Shown here: one piece after another, positions 51,727 through 60,000 of the stretch
How positions within the stretch are numbered: position 1 is the stretch's first letter
How the letters are laid out: each line of letters starts with the position of its first letter
DNA from: Callorhinchus milii
Taxonomy: Eukaryota
Direction of reading: 5' to 3'
DNA length: 60,000 nt
NCBI RefSeq assembly: GCF_018977255.1
Contig: NW_024704743.1
Coordinates: forward strand, 84,446,001 to 84,506,000
Notes under the pieces: model-generated
Database searches by the model: none
Told to the model about the DNA's origin: nothing
The model's input: only the letters and a program-made list of their open reading frames with translations
Program-made: the position numbers and the translations under genes

Positions 51727-52208
51727 TTAATAATAATAATAATACTGATAATAATAATCATCCTTGCAATTGCTATAGCGTCTTATCATGTCATTGAGAC
51801 ATCTCAAAACGCTTCACAGAATATATTGCAATAAGACGCTATATCAAATGCAAGGATTATTATTATTATCATCACATTTTCGAGACGTCTTCACAGAATA
51901 TAATGTAAAGTGACTGTATATTTTGTGAGCGAATTGCAGCAGCCAATTGTGCACAGTAGTGTCCATCACAAACAGTCATGGATTAAGTGACCAAATTATC
52001 AGTTTTTTAATAATTTTTTTTAAGGGATTATTATCCCCGGAAAAGTGATCCGCCAATCGACTAACAACCAGGTTCCTACTTACTGATAAATGAACAGGGG
52101 CATGTGGAGTAAGGAAACTTACCTAATGTTTCGCTCTGCCCAGGAAACAAACCCAGATAACCTCTCACTTGCGAGGCGAGTGTTCTAACCAATACGCTAC
52201 AGGACTCC
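51727..52208 (-). mobile_element. Composite SINE with duplicated and inverted 3' tail
   Basis: Full body at ~51870-52208, an extra tail copy at 51727-51825, and an inverted tail at 51831-51869. Confidence 0.88.
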
Positions 52209-53248
52209 ACAAAGAGTTCCATTCCCCTCTTTGCCTTCCCAGCATTACAGAAAACATTCAGTCTTGTGGAATATTTGTTCATCGAAACCAAAACGTTTAT
52301 TAAAATAACAGGATGCATTTTAAAAGGCTACCTGAGATGGAATTTCAAGGCTTTGGGAGGACAAGCCACCACTCAGTCAATAATCTGTTATTGTTATGTT
52401 TATACTAGGTACAAAAGCACTACCAAACCCCTAAAGTGACTGAAGTGGACTTTTAGCCAAGCTCCTGAGTTTGAAAAACTTTAGATGATCATTAAAATTT
52501 GTCAGTAGCTCCTGAAAGAGGGCCAGGTGGCACTTTACCTGGAAAAATATTGACTTTTGTTAAAGATATTGATCAGACAGGAACTGACCAGCTCCGGGGA
52601 AAAGGAAAATGGTTGAAAGCAACCGGTCAGCAAAGCAACTGATCAGCAAATAAAATGACTCTGCAAGTTTCTTACTAAAATGTTCAGACCTGTACCATTG
52701 ATTTGATTACATGTGGATGACTGTAAATTCATTAAATGTTTAAAATCATGTAGAATTCTGAAAAAATCTTAAAATCAGTTTTATTTTGGGAGCTGTTTTC
52801 TGCAGGCCCTGAAAAGTTCTATATGAAAACTAAAATGATTTTTTCTATACGATCCTGTACTTTAGTTTTAAGGCAAAATGGTACTACAGGTTAAGAAAGG
52901 TGGAATTTTGAGCCCCAGCTAATTTTGTTTTCTTTGGGATTATCCCATTGGGATTATAATTGGAAAATTCACATTGTAAACACACGCTGCCAATGGCGGA
53001 AAATTTACTGACCAGCTCTAATCAGGATCCCCGCCTGCCAATGTCAATGAATTTCACCCTTAGAATAAAACAGGGTTTCCAAGACCTTTGGCTAAAGTTA
53101 CTGCATGTTCCTCTTTGAAATAATCCATTGAAAGGTAGAAAATTGCAAATTACTATGCTTTGGTTTGTATATTTCCCTTCTAATTGTTAAATCTGATTTT
53201 CTCACCTTGTGAATTCTCTTGATCCGAATCCAGCAGCTAAAACTAGAT

Positions 53249-53603
53249 ATAATAATAATAAAAAATAATCCTTGCATTTGATATAACGCTTTTCATGTCT
53301 TCTGGATGTATACTGAATATACTGTAAAGTGAATTAACTGTATATTTGTGGGCGAAACTCAGCAGCCAATTGCGCACAGCAGTGTCCCACAAACAGTCGT
53401 GGATTGAATGACCAAATTATTATTGTTTTTTTTGAAGGATTATTATCCCCAGAAAAGCGATCCACCAATCGACTAACAACCGGGTGCCAACTGACTGCTA
53501 GGTAAACAGAGGGGTGTGGAGTAAGGAAACTAGCCCAACATTTCGCCCTGCCGGTAATAGAACCCAGGTCTCTCGCTTGCAAGGCGACTGAGCTACAGGA
53601 CTC
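53249..53603 (-). mobile_element. Full-length composite tRNA-derived SINE
   Basis: Colinear with the reverse complement of 27985-28344. Confidence 0.92.
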
Positions 53604-53837
53604 TACATCTGAACAACAACTTGCATTTTTTTAAATGCTCTTCGCACCCTTCACATCAAAAGGCACTAACAGCCCTAGAGTATCTCATAAAAGTGATCAT
53701 TTTGCATACGCAAGCATTGATTGGGAGTATTGGTGAGAAATTTGAGCATGGGAGCTTTCACCACTGAGCCTCACCCAATGTCACTTTCTAGCAGGGATTG
53801 ATCATTAGATAGATTGTGGTTAACTATTCTCTTCAGC

Positions 53838-54090
53838 CACTATGGAAGCAAAGATCATGATACCCTAACACCATACCAGCTGAAATTAGAGTTGGAAAAG
53901 CAGTTGAAAGGAAAAAACAGAACACACATGGCATCTTGCTCGAGAACAATAGCACCACAGTGTGTAAACTGCATCTCCTGAAGTGTAAACTATTTACAAC
54001 ACTTTGGCAATACCTTTTGACTCACATATTTTTCCAACCCTAATTTCAGCTGGTGCGAGATTGGGATACCATGACTTCGGTCCCATGGTG
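53838..54090. mobile_element. Second MITE-like element with ~60-bp imperfect TIRs
   Basis: accagctgaaattagagttggaaaa pairs with ttttccaaccctaatttcagctggt, and similarity extends outward to cactatgg / ccatggtg. Confidence 0.7.
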
Positions 54091-54102
54091 AGTGTAAAGG
54101 AT

Positions 54103-54296
54103 AAGTCTTAAAATTATTTTGTCTTAAAATGTAAGGTCATGAACAATTGGAGCAGATTCTTAAATTCAGTCTTAATTTCAAAGCAATTCTCTTTAAGAAC
54201 TGCAAAAAAAAGGTTTCCTAATTTCTAAGATTTTTTCACAATTCTACACGATCTTAAATTTTAAGGCAAAATTGTCTTAGAGACTAAAGCTCGGTG
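54103..54296. mobile_element. Palindromic MITE-like copy (type A arms)
   Basis: attttgtcttaaaatgtaaggtc ... gatcttaaattttaaggcaaaattgtcttagagactaa. Confidence 0.72.
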
Positions 54297-54702
54297 GCCT
54301 ATGCTGTTCCCTACAATGCTTTGTAAGGTGGTGGTGCTATCACTTCACTGAGCAGCCCTTTTTGAACCCTACTTTGTAATTCAACTCAGACTGGGGTTTG
54401 AAATTGAAGCCTTTGCGATCTGTATGGCTCAGTTCCACACCACAAATGTATTTATCCACTGAACTATGAGGGGAAAACTTAATTCATGTTTGTCTCAATC
54501 ATGCTTTATACTGTTTGTTTTGTTTATGGAATTAAACAAATCGCTATTCACAACAAAGGTAACTGAATTACTCATTGTATTTGTTGATAGCTTGTGAGTT
54601 TCTGATTAAATTTGCTTTTAAATTCAAGGCATTATAGTGATGGAGTGATGGCGTGCAGTGCCCCAGGGACTGGCAAAGCAAAGTTGGAATCCGCTAACAT
54701 AT

Positions 54703-54970
54703 TAATATAATAATCTTTACATTTGATATAGCGCCTTTTCACATCGCCAAATTGTTTCAAAGTGCTTGAGAAGATTTACTGTAAAGTAATGACTGTATGC
54801 AAATCAGCAACCTATTTACACACAGCAATGACCCACAAATCAGCAAGGATCGATTTTATTTGAGGGATTTTTGGTCAGGACACGAGGAGAAATTCCTTTT
54901 CTTTTCAAACAGTGCCATGGGATCTTTAAAGTCCACCTGAACAGCCAGGCAGGACCTCAGTTCAATGTGT
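54703..54970 (-). mobile_element. DeuSINE-like fragment
   Basis: Tail plus tggtcaggacacgaggagaaa...agtgccatgggatctttaaagtccacctgaacag. Confidence 0.75.
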
Positions 54971-56480
54971 AATGGGAAGAATATGAGGTAAGCTTGCAAT
55001 TTTGAACATTCTGTGTGGATGGATAGGGGTGAGGATGGTAGAAAGTGAAAACATACGAGTCATTCCAGCCAGGCCTAAGAGGAGATCAGATCCTCGACTG
55101 GCAGAGACTTGACAGCAGACGACTAGCCATCCTTCTGGTTAAGGGATTTATGGATGGTGGCTGGCAGGTGGGAGAGAGAACCTAAGACAGGAGTAAAACT
55201 ACGAATAACTTAAAGCGAAGAGGAAGAGCAAAAACAAATTAGCTGCACAAAATAAAAGAGCTTGATTGACAATAAAGGCTGCATTAACATGTCTGAGAAG
55301 TATAAATAAAGCACTCCATTGATTTCAGGTGAAAAATAAGCACTCTGGATAACCCCCTGGTCAGAGAACTAAACTCAGCTCTGTTGTAAAAGACATCGAC
55401 TCAATTTGAGAGTCACAACAAGGACAAGTCTGCTTCCTTCACTAAATGCAACAAATTTCTTTCTATCTATGTTCCAGTCACTATTCTTTTTCATTATGCA
55501 CTTATAAATAATATTTTAAATTATAAATGAAATCATGTTCAATAAAAAGATATATAAATTCAATATGTATATATAACATTTCATTGCAGTTCATTTCAAT
55601 CATGTAGCACCAAATTGCCTTTATAAAGTCACAAGAAATAAAAATCATTATTTTTAGCAATCAACATAAATTTGACCACAATATTACAAATATAGCCTCA
55701 GCAGTGATCCACACAAAGGTATAATATTTTCAGCTTATAGCCAAATGAATTCATGATGTGACCTAACACTTGATTAGCTTTCTTGCTAACAATTTCACAT
55801 TTGGGTCGATCACACATCAATCACTAAACAAGAGTAATCTTTTTGTCTAATGGCATTTCCCCATTATAAGAAAGCAACGTAAAATTCCTATTTTAAAATT
55901 GATCGTCCTTTGGCAAAACACACTCTTTGGAAACCTACAGTGAGCAATCAATAGTGTCATCCAAGTCCTTTACCTCTCCACCTGTGCTGATGGAAACTCC
56001 TTCATTAATAATAATCCTTGCATTTCATATAGAATCTTATCACATTGTAAAGACATCTCAAAGAGCTTCACAGAATATATTATAATCAGAAGTGGCCATA
56101 GACAGGACTTAAAGCAAAAAGACTTGCTGAGCCTTTCAATTCACAACTTTTTTGTTCACATCTGTCGCTTTGCATTAGGAGAAATTTTCTGTTTGCCTTG
56201 TTTGCAAATTAAATTTACCAAGAAAAATCTAACAAAAGTTCAGAAAACCAAACTTTTCTAAACAAATTCGTTAACAGGTCCCACCACTTCCGTCACAAGC
56301 CAGAAATTGTAGTAACTTCCTTTACGAATGCTGCATTTTAGACCCCAAATTTATTGGGATAGAAATTCCAGCTGGGTGCAGATTTTACTCTATTTTCATA
56401 GCATTTCAGAAGTGTAGAATTTGGCAATTTCTTAAACATAGTCTTAATTGTGAAGCTGGTTTCCTGGCGATTCACAAATC

Positions 56481-56860
56481 ATAATAATAATTTGGTCATC
56501 CAATCCGCGACTGTTTGTGGGACACTGCTGTGCAAATGGCTGCTGCGTTTCACCCACAAAACATACAAAACATGAAAAGTGATCCACCAATCGACTAACA
56601 ACCGGGTTCCTATTTACTGCTAGGTAAACAGAGGAGTGTGGAGTAATGAAAGTTGCCTAATGTTTCAATCTGTCTTTCAGCCGCCCTCCTACCTCTCTGC
56701 CCTCCCTCATCCCAACCCTGCCCCACCACGCTCGGGTCCTGATCCCCGACTGTTCAGTGCCTTGGGACGTGAAAGGCACTTTACAAATGTTATTTTGTTG
56801 TTGTTGTTGCCCAGGAATTGAACCTTGGCGAGTGTTCTAAACAATGTGCTACAGGACTCC
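56481..56860 (-). mobile_element. Rearranged composite SINE with nested L2 tail (56667-56808, +)
   Basis: Head pieces at 56809-56860 and 56574-56666 are on the minus strand, the Deu-like part at 56481-56567 is on the plus strand, and the L2 tail ends in (ttg)n. Confidence 0.85.
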
Positions 56861-57244
56861 ACAAGACTTACTTTTCTTATTCTAACATGCACCATCAGGC
56901 ATCAAACTACATTATGTAGTTGACCAATGCCCCAGAGAAAAATTATCCAATAATCCCCCAGAGAAAAATTGGTCATTCAATACATGGTTGTTTGTGGGAC
57001 ATTGCGGTATTCAAATTGGCTGCTGAGTTTGCCGTCAAATTCACAATCACCTGCACTTCACAGTAAAAATCCTGTTATGTACTTTGGGAAGTCTTGACAG
57101 TATGGTAAAGTACTAAATCAAAAGGAAGGATTATTATTATTAATTATTATTATAGGAAGGGAGAAAGATGGAGTGGAAATGGGGCTGGGGGTTAATATAT
57201 AAATGAAGAGAATTAACATGAGTATTATCTTAATATAAAGACCG

Positions 57245-57288
57245 TACTGTAGACTGTAATAAAAAATACTGTAGACTGTAATAAAAAA
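57245..57288. repeat. 22-bp perfect tandem duplication
   Basis: tactgtagactgtaataaaaaa occurs twice in tandem. Confidence 0.95.
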
Positions 57289-60000
57289 CAAATTATTTTT
57301 GAAACTACATTTTTTCAGGTATATACCTCAGCTGGTATGACTGTCAGAAAGTAGCCTTTGTATGCTTTGTTGGTGTAAGATATGGAGGAACGGTGCGCTG
57401 CGATTTCTGGCAGCATTTTTGTGGTTGTATTGAAGCTGCTGCTGTTTGCTGGACCTCAGTGGGACAGATAGTTTGTGCAGTGACAGAACATGCCAACAAA
57501 TTGCATCACTTCTGCCTCAATGGCAAAGGACAATGACATGCCATATGCCAGTGGCTGGAAATGAATAGAGCTCATTTACACTGGCACTGGGTGTCTCGAG
57601 CTCTGTTACTCTTGCAGAACAAGCCAGCTATTGACACAAATTCTGAGGTGGAAAAGAAAGCAACAAGGACATAATTAAATTTTGGAGGCGAGAAATCTTC
57701 TCTCTTCGCCTCATTTGCAACTTAAAAAACTTACAATTATTTCACAGCAAAATAAGCTTCCCTGTTAAAATGGCCTGAAGCTGACCCCCTATCTTCTCCC
57801 TCTTTCTCTCTCCCCCCCACACCCACCCACTCCCGGTCGTTCTGCACTGCGATTTGGACAAAAATAAAAGTAATATTTGACCTCTGACCTTCTGGCAACA
57901 AATCAAGTTTCCCTTCCTGGAAGCTTTGGATGATGGGTGATGATTAAAGAGCAGCGTCTCAGTCGACATAGGACACTAATGAGGATAAAATGAGAAGGTC
58001 ACTTCATCGTTCCTACTTGGCGAGTCAGGACAAGGAGCTAATCCGGTGTTAATTGTCCCTCACTTTTTAGGACTACAGCAGACACAAGTAGCAGTCATAT
58101 GGCTCTTGTCTTCATAATTGCTATAATTAGCTTTATAACATGCCTATTACAGTAATTTTGATTAAACATTGGGGTCAGTAATGTCTCTTTTTTCTCCCCT
58201 TTAGTATCCACTGCAGACGTATACTCGGGCAAGCTTTTATTTAGCAACCTGCTTCCTGACAATTAACATAGAAACATCTTGGAGCAAGTCACTTCCTCCT
58301 CTTTTACACCTGTACTGTGTTGCCTTCCCTACAGTCCTGTTGAGCCATAAGGCAGTCACAATCTGCCAGCCTGACCCATATTCTGATATATCAGTATATC
58401 ACATCTCCGCAAGTGCCAACAGAGATTACACTGATATCAATAGCTTTGTTTTTCTGAGAGCTTTTTCGCCTTTTAACTCAAAAGAGAAAAAGAGACGAAA
58501 GAGGGGCTGGTTTTAGAAATCCTGGCATCTCTATAAATAACTAGCAGCATCTTCCCAGGCAGTTTTTCACTGTTTCATTATTATATTCAACAAGGTGATG
58601 GAGTGTAAAGCTAGCAGCAGTCAAACCTTTTACTGAAAATCAAATACCCACTAGTCTGTTTGTAATTGAGTGTTTACATGCAGTCAGGGACATCAATGGG
58701 TGGATGCTGAAAGCTTCAGAGAGAGAGACAGAAAAAATGAGCCTGCCAGTGGTTAATTGAGCATATAGATTCCTAATGTGTCAGACACTGCCCTCTCAGA
58801 TGAAGGATGACACTTTTTAGAACGCATCTTCCTTTGTTACCATTTTAAGACTAATGAAGCCTGCAATTCATAAACCTGATGCTGGGCACTAATCGCTTGG
58901 CAGGCGAAACAAACAGTACTGAAGTGCACAACTTCTTTCCTTCATACAACCCTCCTCCTCCCTTCCAAACAGTAATGGACCTTTGTACTTACAGAGGATT
59001 TTGTAGTTTTTTGTTAAACAGGTCTGTTTACTTTTATAGTTTCTAAACAGCGAGCATCCATTATACAAGTTTAATGCCTTCGGGTCACTTATTAATGAGC
59101 TAAGTAATGAGAAAGGATGGAAGCTATTAGACCTGGATATAAGCACCAACATTTTCTGTATCCAAATGCCTTGCAAGCATTGTGGAAGATAGCAAAAATA
59201 ACATCTCTTAATTTTGTGTTGAGGCACTTGTGGTGAAATTAATGCTGGTGCTTGATACTATTGGTCACTCAGAAGTTCGGCTTTGGGTCTGAGGGACCTT
59301 CCATGGCCCCTGGCCTAAACAGCTCCTGACCTCTGTAACCTTTGTAGGGCCTCTTTTATAGGCTTCCCATCCAGATGGCCAAGCCATCAAAGCTTTCTGA
59401 GCAAGCTTCCTTTAACACTCTTTCAATCCAAAGCCAAGCTGATTAAAAGTATGCAAAGTGAGTGCTTCTGATGTCACTGATGCAAAACAAGGCAGAAAAA
59501 GCACCCATCTCTCTCTCTTTTTTCTCATTTGCTCACTCACTGTCACTTTATTCACATTTACCCTTTTTAAACTTTTTTACTCAATCTCTCCTTTCACTCA
59601 TAGCCGTTTGCTCTTTTGCATTCATTCTTTCTCATACTTGCTTGCTCTTTCTCTCAGTTTCTTGATTGGTATTTGTTTTAATTTGGTGCTTCCTTCAATC
59701 TCTTTTGCTCCCTTACTGGTATTTTGACTCTTACTTAAGCTTTCACCCACTTTGATATTTTTTCATTCTGCCATTTCCCTTTTCCCCACTGAAAAGGTTG
59801 GTAAGTAATGTAAGTGAATTTGAGGGTAATTAAGAAATCCCAATAAGAAATACTGCAACAGGTACCCCAAATTTTCTCTCTGAATAGTTCAAGCATGTTT
59901 TCATAAATAGCAACAACAACTTGAATTTATTTAGCACCCTTCACATATGATAACTTCTCAGAGCGCTTCATAGGGACAGGGTCAGATGCCAAAAAAAAGG

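Noticed and set aside
49996..53300. Recurring ataataatccttgcatttgatatagcg as a CRISPR-like or satellite array
   Set aside because: Irregular spacing and both orientations; these are SINE 3' tails in a eukaryotic genome.
57683..57712. gaggcga...tcgcctc hairpin
   Set aside because: The stem is only ~7 bp, too short for a pre-miRNA and expected by chance.

Overview
Eukaryotic, AT-rich, repeat-dense non-coding DNA (intergenic or inside a large intron). The repeat families are typical of a cartilaginous fish; a chimaera is my best guess from repeat content alone. I recognise no host protein-coding gene, and nearly all ORFs in the track are retroelement fragments or chance ORFs. Contents: one 2.65-kb dead CR1 LINE (8617-11263) and many shorter CR1 3' fragments; several L2-clade 3' fragments; three tRNA-derived SINE families (a young composite SINE with a tRNA-Val-like head, a DeuSINE/SacSINE1-like family, and a third unassigned family); a family of ~170-200-bp palindromic MITE-like elements; Penelope-type fold-back remnants; and a few repeat-free islands rich in homeodomain motifs that could be conserved enhancers. 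The most unusual signals are inverted copies of nearby DNA at the 5' junctions of two truncated CR1 insertions, a 181-bp fold-back element with a perfect 14-bp target-site duplication and a degenerate hammerhead core, and interchangeable arms in the MITE family. Family names come from recall, not database searches, and the boundaries of old repeats are approximate.
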